A stretch of 64,000 nt of DNA, taken from Eledone cirrhosa. Lineage: Eukaryota. Below are positions 26,401-38,479 of this stretch, in pieces. The stretch covers positions 21,204,001 through 21,268,000 of the forward strand of contig OZ024753.1 of the NCBI GenBank assembly GCA_964016885.1. Direction: 5' to 3'. A program made the translations under genes and the position numbers. Positions within the stretch are counted from its first letter, which is position 1. Each line of letters starts with the position of its first letter. The notes beneath the pieces were generated by a model. The model ran no database searches and was not told where the DNA came from. It was given only the letters and a program-made list of their open reading frames with translations.

Positions 26401-26949
26401 TATATATTTCTAGGGCATTTTTAAGCCTGGCAGAGGCTATCCCTCTCCAGCCCATTTAGATATTAATATTAATATTAATATCTAAATGGCCATGATATTG
26501 CCTGGCTTCCCTTGGTGAGCCAAAAGGGGAGCATTTGTATATTGTGTAGGGCAAGTGAATGGATTAGTTGTATCTATCATTTTTTTTTTTTTTGCAGGGA
26601 GGCAGGGCCAGGCTTTCCTGGATTGGGAAAGTGTTGGGATGCAAGGGTTGATCAGGGCAGGTGAATCAGTTAAGATTTCCATGCCAGTATGGGTTGTATG
26701 AAGAGGTCAGGAGTATATTGGCAGGGGAGAACCTGAGAGTTGTTCCATCTCTCTTTTTCTTTGGGTTTAAGATGCTGGCAGGAATTTGAGGAGTACATTT
26801 GTGGGTACAAGATGGGGCTTGAATGTTGTAACACCTCTCTGCTTCTTTGGGTTTAGGGTGGAGGGAGGTAGGTGGGTTAGCCATCCTACTTCTGCTGTCT
26901 TCATTCCACTTACATGAGAAGACAAGTTCCTCGTATTACGAAATAACAC

Positions 26950-27115
26950 CAGTTTCTCAGTCGTAGGTCATCTTCTTTGTGAGATTCAACTGCATGTAGT
27001 TGGCTCTCACCACATCATCCCAGATTTCCCTAGGTCTTCCCCTTGCAAGAGTTCCTTTGACTTCAAACACACTGCATTTCTTTAAGCAGCTATTGTCTTC
27101 CATATGCCTTACATG

Positions 27116-27118
<3 letters not shown>
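26950..27118 (-). mobile_element. RTE LINE 3' fragment
   Basis: YGHVRHMEDNSCLKKC..GRPREIWDDVV. Confidence 0.75.
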
Positions 27119-27160
<42 letters not shown>

Positions 27161-27421
27161 GGAAAAAATGAAACGAAATTTCATTTCCCACTCTTGGTAC
27201 GGCTGTTACTTAAATATAAGTATGTACACGTACATACATATATGTATACAGACGTACAGTAGTATGTATATATATATACGTACATGCACACATATATATA
27301 TGTACGTATGGATTCACCAAACATTTATTATAATGCTCGGTGTGTTTGTAAACAAACATCCCGTATTAAGCCGTAATGTCCAGCAACCATCGTTGCTCGT
27401 TTGTTCAACACTGACAAAGGA

Positions 27422-27464
27422 ACGCTGTACTAGTTTCAAGCTTATTAGCTATCGTCAGCAACGT
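27422..27464 (-). ncRNA. Hammerhead ribozyme (inverted copy)
   Basis: Reverse complement of the 27833-27875 core. Confidence 0.8.
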
Positions 27465-27831
27465 ATACCTTCCTGCCAGATTGTGAACGTATATACTTAC
27501 CTTATGCATATTAACGGGATGTTTGTTTACAAACACACCGAGCATTATAATAAATGTTTGGTGAATCCATACGTACACATATATATGTGTGCATGTATGT
27601 ATATATATATACATACTACTGTACATCTGTATACATATATGTATGTACGTGTACATACTTATATTTAAGTAACAGCCGTACCAAGAGTGGGAAATGAAAT
27701 TTTGTTTCATTTTTTCCGTTTATCGTTTTCGGTGCACCCGGCCGATTAACCCACTCGATATGCAAATTGGGCTACTCAGCCGTTAATATGCATAAGGTAA
27801 GTATATATGTTCACAATCTGGCAGGAAGGTA

Positions 27832-27876
27832 TACGTTGCTGACGATAGCTAATAAGCTTGAAACTAGTACAGCGTA
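27832..27876 (+). ncRNA. Minimal type-I hammerhead ribozyme
   Basis: TACGTTG-CTGACGA-T-AGCT/AATA/AGCT-T-GAAA-CTAG-TA-CAGCGTA; palindromic ACTAGT stem III, GUA site. Confidence 0.82.
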
Positions 27877-28071
27877 CCTTTATCAGTGTTGAACAACGAG
27901 CAACGATGGTTGCTGAACATTACGGCTTAATACGGGATGTTTGTTTACAAACACACCGAGCATTATAATAAATGTTCGGTGAATCCATACGTACATATAT
28001 ATATGTGCGCATGTATGTATATATACATACTACTGTACGTCTGTATACATATATGTATGTACGTGTACATA

Positions 28072-28104
<33 letters not shown>

Positions 28105-28107
<3 letters not shown>

Positions 28108-28848
28108 GACTAGAGAGGAACGAAGCTTGCATGCTCCGCTGGATGTGTAATAGTAATATACGTGATCGGCAAAGCATAAACGAACTAAGGAAAAAATTAG
28201 AAATAAGAGGGATCAGATGTTGTTTACTCGAGAGAAGGCTACGTTGGTATGGACACGTGATGCGCATGAAAGTCGATAGCTGTGTAACAAAGTGCAGGGC
28301 AATAAAGATAGACGGTAGCCACGGAATAGACAGACCTAGAAAAACCTGGGACGAGCTGATAAACTCCGACCTCACACACTTACACCTCTCCAAGACAATG
28401 TCACTGGACCGAGACCTTTGGCGGTACTCAGTAATAGAGAAGACCCGCCTTACCTAAATACATAGTAAAACCTACTACAGTCAGTAGGCATCTCTAACAA
28501 AATACACCCCCGTCCCACCACCCCCACCCCATCCACACCGCCCCCTTCTATGTAAAGTTATGTTGGTGCCACACCATCCAGGCCGAAACAAATGAGATCG
28601 TGTAGGTATCACGACAAAAAAACACAGTCCACGCTGTAATGTGGCCGTGTAGGCAACACGGTAAAAACCTCCCAGACCCACACTGTAAATGTGGTTGGTG
28701 TTAGGAAGGGCATCCAACTGTAGAAAACCTGCCAGACAGTCCTATGCGAGCAAGACAATCACTCTTGCCTCAAGTGGGAAAACCCCCGTCCAAACCCATG
28801 CAAGCATGGAACACGGACGTTAAACGTTGATGATGATGATGATGATGA
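28105..28848 (+). mobile_element. RTE LINE 3' fragment with (GAT)n tail
   Basis: Same family as 2975-3780. Confidence 0.9.
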
Positions 28849-28864
28849 TATATATATATATATA

Positions 28865-29210
28865 TAATATATAAGATCAAAAGATGGTTAAAAGAGTCTC
28901 ATGTTTTTTATTATGCGCATTTCAAAAACAAATATCATCATGCGAAGACATTTGCGTTTTCGTCATATAAAATAGGGAGACATGATATGAAGGTTAAAAA
29001 ACACTTGTGAATAGTGCAGTTTTAAATCAACATATGTTGATTTGTTGATTTAAAACTGTACTATTCACAAGTGTTTTTTAACCTTCATATCATGTCTCCC
29101 TATTTTATCTGACGAAAACGCAAATGTCTTCGCATGGTGATATTTGTTTTTGAAATGCGCATAATAAAATACATGGAACTCTTTTAACCATCTTTTGATC
29201 TTATATATTA
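28865..29210. repeat. ~345-bp near-perfect palindrome with a hammerhead in each arm
   Basis: Arms 28865-29031 and 29043-29210 are reverse complements. Confidence 0.9.
29102..29170 (+). ncRNA. Type-I hammerhead ribozyme
   Basis: ATTTTAT-CTGACGA-AAACGCAAATGTC..GATATTTGTTTTT-GAAA-TGCGCA-TA-ATAAAAT; mirror copy 28906-28973 has core mutated to ATGACGA. Confidence 0.82.
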
Positions 29211-29374
29211 TTTATACTCCAGTCCTACAAACTGTAGAGTGTTACTTATCCGATATCTGCATTGCTTTATTGTACTACAATAATATACCCCATTTAACCC
29301 ATGCTAGCGTGGAAGATGGACGTTAAACGAAAGATGATGATGATGATATATATATATATAAATGAGAAAATTCA

Positions 29375-29782
29375 TTGCTAGCAGTTAAAACAGCTAAATG
29401 CTGTCAAAGACAGTGATGGGTAAAAATGCTTCAGAGGACAGAGACCAGTGACCAGTGGTCAACAGCGAGACAATCTACAAGGTGGGTGACAGGCAGATAA
29501 AATATAAAAAAAATTGAAAGTGGAGACAAGGTTTCAGAGCTGATAAGGGTGAAGATACGTGTGTAAACTTGACTTGTACATCGCCTTTATTTCCTTCTTC
29601 CAGTCACTTCTGTGTATTTCTCCTTACCCTCCCCCTCTTTCAATCTTTTCTATATTTCATTTGTCTGTCACCCATCTTGTGGACTGTCTCTCTGTCGCCA
29701 CTGGTCACCGGTCTCTCTCCGGCACTTTTGCCCATCACTGTCTTTGACAGCATTTAGCTGTTTTAACATTTGTTCTAGCAAT
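29375..29782. mobile_element. Foldback MITE with ~150-bp imperfect TIRs
   Basis: GTTAAAACAGCTAAATGCTGTCAAAGACAGTGATGGG vs CCCATCACTGTCTTTGACAGCATTTAGCTGTTTTAAC. Confidence 0.75.
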
Positions 29783-30109
29783 ATTCTTTTTATCTCTCTT
29801 TTGTCATGTTATCTCTCTCATTCCCTTGCTCTATTGTTGAACTTACCTTTTATCTTCCCAACTCTCCCTATATTTTATATGCATGCATGATTACTTGTTA
29901 CACAAACTAGTGTGTATTGGCTAATTTTCTTTCTCTTCCTAACACTCCTATAATCCTCTATTCATCTAAATATCTAGCTAATCTACTTTCCCTTATAACA
30001 TTTTATCTTTCTTTTTTACCTCTTTCAGCACAGCCACTGCTTTCTCTTTGAAGTGTGATAGAATGAAGGAATGCAACTAACAAAATAAAACTTGATGCAG
30101 AAATTTGGA

Positions 30110-30780
30110 TTTTATGAATGAGGATGATAATGCTAATTAAAATAGGATTGATGTAATAGTGTAGTAGGGGCAGAATGATGATAATAGTGTGAAAGTGGTG
30201 ATGGTGTTCTTATAATGTGGATGATGATTTTGTTGATGATAGAATGATGACAGCTACATAGCAGTGATTGTGGAAGTGTACTTCCTAATGTGGATGATGT
30301 TGATGGTGTTGATGAAGATAATGGTGATGAGGATAATGGTGGTGATAATGAAGATAGTTGCCATGATGGTGAGGGTGTTGTTGTTTTGGTGTGGTGGTGG
30401 TTTTCAGGATGATGATGATGAGGATCAGTATGAAAGGAGTAACAGTGGTGGTAATAGTGACAATGATGACAATGATGATGATGATATTAAACATTATATA
30501 TCAGACAATTGTGTTCTTTCTTATTGATTCTCTCTCTCTTTCTTTCATTTATTCTGTCTCCCTACTCTCTCTCTCTCTCTCTATCCCCTACTCTCTCTCT
30601 CTCTCTATCCCCTACTCTCTCTCTCTCTCCATTCCCTACTCTCTCTATATCCCCTACCCTCTCCCCTACTCTCTCTCTCTCTCTCCCCTACTATCTCTCC
30701 CCTACTATCTCCCTCCCCTACTCCCGCCTCCCCTACCCCCCTCTCTCCCTCCCCTACCCCCTCTCTATCTCCCCTACTCC
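30110..30780. repeat. Degenerate (GAT/GGT)n tract followed by a CT-rich tract
   Basis: Seen directly; the CT tract doubles as the polypyrimidine tract of the next exon. Confidence 0.85.
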
Positions 30781-30783
30781 CAG

Positions 30784-30871
30784 GACTCAGCCATACTCAG
30801 ATGATCGTCATTGTTACATGCTCGTCAGTAATAGGTTTGTTCTTCCTGGTGGCAGCAATCATCAGAATCAG
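30784..30871 (+). CDS. Host gene exon encoding a transmembrane helix
   Basis: cag| acceptor after a long pyrimidine tract, CAG|gtaaat donor; phase 1 to 2; (G)LSHTQMIVIVTCSSVIGLFFLVAAIIRI(R). Confidence 0.75.
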
Positions 30872-31764
30872 GTAAATACACATTGTTGAAATATTGTTAC
30901 TGCAGTTGTTGTTGTTGTTGTTGTAGTTGTTTTCATTATTGTTGCTGTTATTGTTATTGTAGATGTTTTCATTATTGTCGCTATACACAGTGTGTGTAAA
31001 AGTGAGAGATGGCTGATCAGAATGTTGGTCATGTGGCCACGGGATTCTATTTAGATCACATTCTCTCATTTAAACATCTTTTGTGTAATTTACTTCTTTC
31101 CCCTCTACCTCTCTTTCTTTTGTTTTCTTTGTTTTTCTTGTGATTATTTATTTGTTTTATTTGGATCTTTTGTTTTGTTTCATTTTTATTTGTCTCGCTT
31201 AAAATAATCTTTTCTAAAGTAATCTCTAAAGAAGAGGTTTTTATTTTTCACTTCTGTTTTGTTGTTTCGTTGCTGTTCTTTTTTTTTAAATAACTGTTTT
31301 AAAATAATATCTTTGAAGAAAATGGAATAAGAATATCTTCCACCCATTTATTTCATTTCTAAACCATTAAATTTTTAGCCATATTTCAGGATCGTTCTCC
31401 ATTCTTGAGATAATCTTAATATATAAATCAAGCAAACTACATCAGAACACAAACTATACAGACACAGAAAGTACATAACTACACATATCAGACAATTGCA
31501 TAAATACACAAACTACATTACCAAACAAATCACACAGACACAAACACACACATACAAAATAACTACACAAATCACATAGACACACATACTACACAAAGAA
31601 TCAGTGAAGAAGCAAGCTAAGAATAGCTACAGGAGTTATTAACTTATCCATTGTAACTTAAAAGTTACTATTTCGGTTTCTGTTCTTGAAAATATATTTT
31701 ATAGATTATTCTTCCATGTATAACTGGAATCTTTCAGCAAAGATTGCTACTGGATGTAGCTGAC

Positions 31765-32550
31765 TGGTTGGTTGGATGGTTGGATGGTTGAAAGATGGTT
31801 GGTTGGTTGGATGGTTCGATGGTTGGTTGGTTAGTTGTTTGGTTGGTTGGTTGGATGGTTGGAGCGTTGGTTGGATGGTTTGATGGTTAACGATGGTTGG
31901 GTGATTGGATGGTTGGTTGGCTGGAATGTTGGTTGGTTGGATGGTTGCTTGGTTGCTTGGTTGGCTGGATTGGTTGGCTGGCTGGATGGATGTTTCTTTG
32001 GATGGTTGGTTGGATGGATTGATGTTTCTTTGGATGGTTGGTTGGTTGGTTGGTTGGATGTTTGGTTGTTTGGATGGTTGGATGGTTGGTTGGTTGGTTG
32101 GATGGTTCTTTGGATGGTTGGCTAGTTGAATGGCTGGTTGGTTGGTTGGTTGGATGGTTGGTTGGTTCGTTGGTTGGTTGGTTGGCTGGTTGGATGATAG
32201 GTGGGATGGCTGGTTGGATGGATTGTTGGATGGTTGGATGGATGGTTGGTTGGTTGGTTTGATTGCTGGTTGGTTGGTTGGATGGTTGGTTGATTGGATG
32301 TTTGGATGGTTGGATGGTTGGATGTTTGGTTGGATGGTTGGTTGGATGGATGGCTGGTTGGTTGGTTGGTTGGTTGGTTGGTTGGATGGTTGGATGTTTG
32401 GTTGGGTCGGTGGTTGGTTGGTTGGTTGGATGGTTGGATGGTTGGATGATTGGATGATCGGTTGGTTGGATGGCTGGTTGGGTGGTTGGATGGTTGGTTG
32501 GTTGGTTGGCTGGTTGTTTGACTGGATGGTGGGGTGGCTGGTTTGTTGGC
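31765..32550. repeat. (GGTT/GGAT)n tetranucleotide microsatellite
   Basis: Seen directly. Confidence 0.95.
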
Positions 32551-33571
32551 TGACAGACTAAAGCTGTGAGCAAAAGTATGTTGATATAAAGGAGTCTGTG
32601 TGTCTGTGTATACAGAGCTGTGAAGGTGTGTGTGCATATTTCTTATTGGTCACTATCAGTTATAAGAGTAATCTGTGATAATGGTCGGGGTAAACATCAT
32701 TGGGGCAAAGGATAGAGAAGAAAGCACAAACGTATATGTACAATATTAAAGAAATCAGGGAGCGGAATTGAGTCCATGAGGGAAACAATCAGAGTCTCAT
32801 TTGTCTGATGAATAAAGATGCACAGCAAGACAATTTGGCGAAGCTGCAGTCAGGACTTTGAAGAAAAAATAGGTAGATTTCTGTCTTCACATTTATAATC
32901 CATCCAACCATCCAATCATCCAACCATCCAACCATCCAACCAACCATTTCAATATATTACTCATATAGAACTAATTTTGGCTAGATTTCTACAGCTGGAT
33001 TCCCTTCCTAACACCAAACCCATTTATAGTTTGTATTGGGTGCTTTTTGCCATGACTTCAACACGACCACCTTACAATGTAGGCTGGATCCTTTTAGTTG
33101 TGACACCTACACAGTGTGGGCTAGATGCTTTTTTGTGATACCAACATATATATATATATCATCATCATCGTTTAACATCCATTTTTCCACACTTGCATAG
33201 GTTAGATATTTCATCCTCGTTGAGAGACAAGTCATCCAGGAATACCCATGCTGTACCTTCCTCTCATGAGACTGTATCTTTGGCCAGGGATTTTGCAGCT
33301 GGATACTTATCACCAAGCACATTTACAGTGTGGAACGGGATGGCACCATTTTGAGGAGGGACAGGAGAGTTGGCCGTGCCAAACCCTTCTCTCAATGGAA
33401 CCATTGCTTGGGAACCTGGAACTGGATGGCACCACTCTGAGAGGGGACAGGCCAGATGTCCGTTTCGAACCCTTCCTCACAGTGGGACCTCAGTTTGGTG
33501 CAGCAACCACATTTGCAGAGGGGAAGTGGATGACACCACTATAAGGAGGGACAGATAAATATATATATATA

Positions 33572-34160
33572 TCATCATCATCATCATTTTACGTCCGTTT
33601 TTCCCTGCCTGCAAGGGTGGGACGGGTCCTATTTAGCACAGCATCTCTCCACTTGTCACGGTCCTTTGTCATCTCCTCTGTGAGTTTCAGCGATCTGAAG
33701 TCAGCTCTCACCACCTCCACCCAAGTTTGTCGTGGTCTACCTCTACTGCATCTTCCTACTACTGAGATTTCTTGGCACTTCTTTACCCAGCGGTCATCCT
33801 CCATGCGCATCACATGTCCATACCATTTCAGCCTTCTCTCCTGCACACTACAACTTATCCCTCTTATACCCAGTTTCTCTCTCAACTTGTCTATGCTTGG
33901 CTGTTCACGCACATTGACATTGCACATCCAATGGAGCATACTTGCTTCATTTCTCTCCAGCCGTTGCATATTCTCTGCAGTTGCTGCCCATGTCTCACTA
34001 CCATGCAGTATCGCGCATCACACACAGGCATCATTCATAGGAAGAAATCCTTCTTTGTCAACAGAGGAAGCAGCTCCCTAAACTTCTTTCAACCCATCCT
34101 TATTCTAGATACTCTGGCCTCAGAGCACCCTCCCCCCCTTGCTAATCTGATCACCTAGGT
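33572..34160 (-). mobile_element. RTE LINE 3' fragment (third family, short tail)
   Basis: ORF 33589-33969 RRLKWYGHVMR..GRPRQTW; (GAT)n tail directly after the ORF. Confidence 0.9.
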
Positions 34161-34387
34161 ATCAGAACCATGGATGGCAGGTAGGCTGGCTGCTAGAAGG
34201 AGCAGTTAGTTACCACCTAAGGTTTACTCAACCGAACGGGAGTATAGAATAAATTCATAAGGATATATATGTATATATTTAGACAAACTTGCATTTTAGA
34301 CTTAGCTCCATTTAATTGATTATTTGTCTAGTTAATTTCTACGGGCTAAGAAGAAAGACTAGGTAAATTTTATCTGACTCTTCCTCT

Positions 34388-35590
34388 TCATCATCATCAT
34401 CACCATTTTATGTCCGTTATTCCATGCTAGCATGGGTTAGACGGGTTGTCCTGTTGTGGGCAGTGTCCGGTCGACTGACCATGCCGTGCTCATACGGGAA
34501 CTGATTCTGGCTTGATTTCTACAGCTGGGTGCCCTTCCTAACACCAACCTCATTTACAGTGAGTGCTGGGTGCTTTTTTCTGTGGTGCCTACATGTCCAC
34601 CTTACAGTGTAGGTTGGGTACTTTTTTGCCGTGGCACCTCCATGACCACCTTGCAGTGGGAGGGTGTGGGGGCATATTGTCTATATGCTTCAGCTTTGGC
34701 TTGTACCCATGGGGGGGGGGGGTCGGGTCTTCTGTATTATTGCGTGACGCCAGAGGTCATGGTTGTGTGTCATCGCCTTTGAGAGGTGTAATTGGGTAAG
34801 GTCAGCTTTTATCACCTCATCCCAGGTCTTCTTAGGTCTCCCCACTCCACAGTTTCCATTGACTTCTAGTGCTCTGCACCTTTTTATGCAGCTGTCATCC
34901 TTCATACGCATCACATGTCCACAACCGCCTCTCCTGCACACAGCATTTGATTCCTCTTATGCTCAGTCTCTCTCTCAATTCGTTTATGCTTTGCCGTTCG
35001 CATATATTACTATTACACATCCATCGGAGCATGCAGGCTTTGTTTCTTTCTAATCTACGCAAGTCTTCCACAGACAGCGCCCAGGTCTCACTACCATGTA
35101 ACATTGCTGTTTGTAAACACGCATCATACAGTCTGTCTTTCATTTTGAGGGAAAAGCCTTTTGCAGCTAGCAGTGGCAGTAGCTCCCTGAACTTCTTCTA
35201 TCCCGTTCTTACCCTAGTTATTGTACTTTCCGAACACCCACCTCCGCTGCTAATTCGGTCACCTAGGTAGCAGAAACTGTCTACTGTTTCTACAGAGCCC
35301 TCCCAGAGTTTGGTGATACTTGTTTCCTGTGGCTGTTTGCTGCTTGCAATCTCAGCACAGCCTACATTCTTAGTTAAGCTTCCTGAGATCCCACTACATC
35401 TCTTGTGTGCCCATTGTTTGCATTTGGGGCAAAGAATGGAGTTCCTACCTACACCTTTCCTACATACTGAGCAAGCTCATTTCCCTGAGGGGGATCTGGA
35501 TTCTGTTTTCTCGTCTACTTACAAGGACCTTAGTCTTTGTCAGGTTGACTCTGAGACCCTTTATTTCTAGTTCCTGCTTCCAAGTTTGAT
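34388..35590 (-). mobile_element. RTE LINE 3' part, same PHD-bearing family as 1-1316, decayed
   Basis: Reverse-complement homology to ~110-1316 including the 3' module. Confidence 0.9.
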
Positions 35591-35621
35591 GTTTACTGTA
35601 GCATTCATATATATATATATA

Positions 35622-35812
35622 TAATTGTTTCTCCTTTTGGCACAAGGCCAGCAATTATTCCATTGTATTACTGGTACTTTATTTTATCGACCCCGTAAGG
35701 ATGAAGGACAAAGTTAACCTCAGCGGGATATGAACTCAGACCATAAAGGGCTGTAACTCTTTGCTGCAAAGCATGGCGTCCAACCCTCTACTGATACTGC
35801 CAATCCACCGCC
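35622..35812 (-). mobile_element. tRNA-derived SINE
   Basis: Family core and boxes. Confidence 0.88.
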
Positions 35813-36145
35813 ATATATATATATATATAATAAAATGTTGTGGTTTACTTAATATATAATGTGGAATGTGATATAAGGCTAAACAATGTAAAATGGACAG
35901 TAACATGAAAATCAATAACAGCACACAATACTTGACATAAAAGGAGTCATCTACAAGCACACACATGCAACCTAAACAATATTGCATACAAAAAAATTAA
36001 TTCCATGAAATATTGGCAATTCACGTCATGCTCCAGCTTCTCATGAATAGCAAACATCAAACAACACTTGAAAGTGGCTTATAAAATTTAAATCTAAATT
36101 TAATACCAATGAGAAGAAACTGGAACATTTTTCTCTGAGAGTTCC

Positions 36146-36195
36146 TTGTACTCTGAAGAAAGGAATTTTAAGTCCCGAAAGAAATATTAGGACAA
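36146..36195 (+). ncRNA. Degenerate hammerhead motif between ~45-bp inverted repeats (35852-35897 / 36262-36307)
   Basis: TTGTACT-CTGAAGA-AAGGA..TCCC-GAAA-GAAATA-TT-AGGACAA. Confidence 0.5.
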
Positions 36196-36308
36196 AAGAA
36201 ACAACAGCATAAGAAAAAGTATTACCAGGTAACTTACCTTTTTGTTACCTTCATCTTACCATCCATCTTATATTGTTTAGCCTTATATCACTTTCCATAT
36301 TATATATA

Positions 36309-37187
36309 CAGGGTGTGGACGATATTTGTTCGCAATTTTCAACTGCTAATTTTATGCAAATTTTTTTTACTTCCGTTGTCACTCTTGTCTTCATAAAAAC
36401 AGTGACTATATTTCCATTATTTATTTTCAGAATAATTAATTATGAATAATTTTGAACCTCCAAATTTGTGAAAGAGACACGGAATTCTTCTTGGAATCCA
36501 TGCCGGGAGGACAAATAAGGACCAGAACAACAGGTGGCTCGCTGTCTCATCCAAAGACATGCCCAGAATTATGCAGACAAAGTTTCCAGCGACAACATTG
36601 GTCTTAGGTGTCGTCAGCAGTCAAGGTGATGTCATGCCACCTCACTTCTTCCCTGAGGGCCTCAAGCTGAACACCGATGGCTACATCCGCATTCTGAGCG
36701 AGGTAGTAAAGCCCTGGATCGACCAGGTAGCTGCAGGTAGGCCGTTCGTGTGGCAGCAAGACTGAGCGCCCTGCCATACCAGCCGAAAGACCCAAGCCTG
36801 GCTGTCAGAGAACTTCGTCGACCACACTTCACCTGACATCTGGCCTCCCAGCTCGCCTGACTGCAACCCCCTCGACTTCTTTGTGTGGGGCGCAGTGGAA
36901 CGAGACACCAACAGATCTAGCTGCAATACGAAAGATGATCTTGAAGGCCAGGATCACAAGTGCCTTTAGGGGCCTAAGTTGGGGGACAGTGACGAAGGCC
37001 TGTAGCCGGTTCCGAGGCCGCCTTGAGGCCGTCATCAAAGCCAATGGCGGGTTTATCGAGTGAGATCGAAAGAACAAGCCATGAAGACAAACTGACCCAA
37101 GTTTGATAAATATATCTTAAAAAATAAAACTACTGTGTTATTTTTTCCTAGACAGTAATCTTGAGAACAAATATCGTCCGCACCCTG
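36309..37187 (+). mobile_element. Tc1/mariner DD37D (maT) transposon, internally deleted
   Basis: TIRs CAGGGTGTGGACGATATTTGTTC / GAACAAATATCGTCCGCACCCTG, TA TSD; WQQD*APCH..WPPSSPDCNPLD with 37 residues between the Asps. Confidence 0.92.
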
Positions 37188-37409
37188 TATATATACACTA
37201 TTTATTTTATCTTTAAACCGATGAGGGATAGAAAGTTTTTGAATTTAAATTTAAAAGCTTCAGTACTTTCTTCTGTCTCCAGGGAATATATACTCAACTT
37301 AGACTATTTTGTTATAGTCAAACAACATTGATGCTTCTAACTTTCAAATATATATGTGTGTGTCTGTTTGCTTTACACCAGGAAGGTACTATTTTACCTG
37401 CATTATATT

Positions 37410-38050
37410 AGCGGTGGATTGGCAGTATCGGTAGAGTGTCGGACGCCATGCTTTCCAGCATAGTTACGTCCCTTTACGATCTGAGTTCAAATCCCGCCGA
37501 GGTTGACTTTGCCTTTCATCCTTACGGAGTCGATAAAATAAAGTACCAGTAATACACTGGGTGATTGCTGGCCTTGTGCCAAAAGTAGAAACAATTATAT
37601 TAACACATCTGAGTTCAAATCCCGCCGAGGTTAACTTAGCCTTTCATCCTTACGAGGTCGATAAAAAAAAGTACCAGTAATACACTGGGTAATTGCTGGC
37701 CTTGTGCCAAAAGTAATAACAATTAAATTAATACATCTGAGTTCAAATCCCGCCGAGGTTAACTTTGCCTTTCATCCTTACGGGGTCGATAAAATAAAGT
37801 ACCAGTAATGTACTAGGTAATTGCTGGACTTGTGCCAAAAGTAGAAACAATTATATTAACACAGTTAAGAGACAGTGGATTGGCAGTGTCAGTAGAGGGT
37901 CGGACGCCATGCTTTGATGCATAGAGTTATGGCCTTGACATTCTGAGTTCAAATCCCGCCGAGGTTAACTTTGCCTTTCACCATTACGGGGTCGATAAAA
38001 TAAAGTACCAGTAATTGCTGGCCTTGTGCCAAAAGTAGAAACAATTATAT
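37410..38050 (+). mobile_element. Tandem SINE array (4 units including ~128-bp duplications)
   Basis: Repeated CTGAGTTCAAATCCCGCCGAGG..GTAGAAACAATT. Confidence 0.9.
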
Positions 38051-38076
38051 TAACACACCAGCATGTAATTGAATTA

Positions 38077-38162
38077 GCATCTGATGATGTCACATGAGGT
38101 CTATTAATGATGTAACTATTGCATGATTATGAACCACCATGTTATTGAAATACATTTTATGC
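38077..38162 (+). ncRNA. Degenerate hammerhead motif with long stem II
   Basis: GCAT-CTGATGA-TGTCACATG...CATGTTATT-GAAA-TACATT-TT-ATGC, then AATAAA. Confidence 0.5.
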
Positions 38163-38259
38163 AATAAAACAATTATATATACACACACATACAACAGTTT
38201 TGTCTTTTATGTATACATGTATATCAATATTATCTAAATACTATATATGTCTGTTTTAG

Positions 38260-38383
38260 AAATTATGTGCACCGTTTGCGAGAAGAGCAGGCCATAGCAA
38301 AGAGACCTACATTCCGAAGCTGCAATGTAGCATTACGAAACTCGACTGGTTCCAGTGAATTACTCCGGAGAGATGCAGGCTCT
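38260..38383 (+). CDS. Host gene exon (juxtamembrane cytoplasmic segment)
   Basis: ttttag| acceptor, |gtgagt donor; phase 2 to 0; (R)NYVHRLREEQAIAKRPTFRSCNVALRNSTGSSELLRRDAGS. Confidence 0.78.
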
Positions 38384-38479
38384 GTGAGTACACATAATTT
38401 ATTATTCCAGTAATGTAAATGGATAGCACCTGTGGCCAGAAATTATAAAACACCTCGCTAAACAACTTTCAGTATTTAT

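Larger units (their letters stand above)
27157..28075. mobile_element. Non-coding hammerhead-bearing element: ~418-bp unit in partial tandem plus inverted copy (retrozyme-like)
   Basis: 27157-27517 is the reverse complement of the unit; ACGGGATGTTTG recurs at 27514 and 27932. Confidence 0.75.

Noticed and set aside
30029-30053. Candidate exon upstream of the TM exon
   Set aside because: Good acceptor but weak donor and incompatible phase or an in-frame stop
31835-32637. W/G/L-rich and Q/P/T-rich ORFs
   Set aside because: Translations of the (GGTT/GGAT)n microsatellite; the same applies to YI/HT-rich ORFs and poly-F/E at 50523-50777
37208-37258. Additional hammerhead (CCGATGA..GAAT)
   Set aside because: Both core boxes are mutated and stem II is weak
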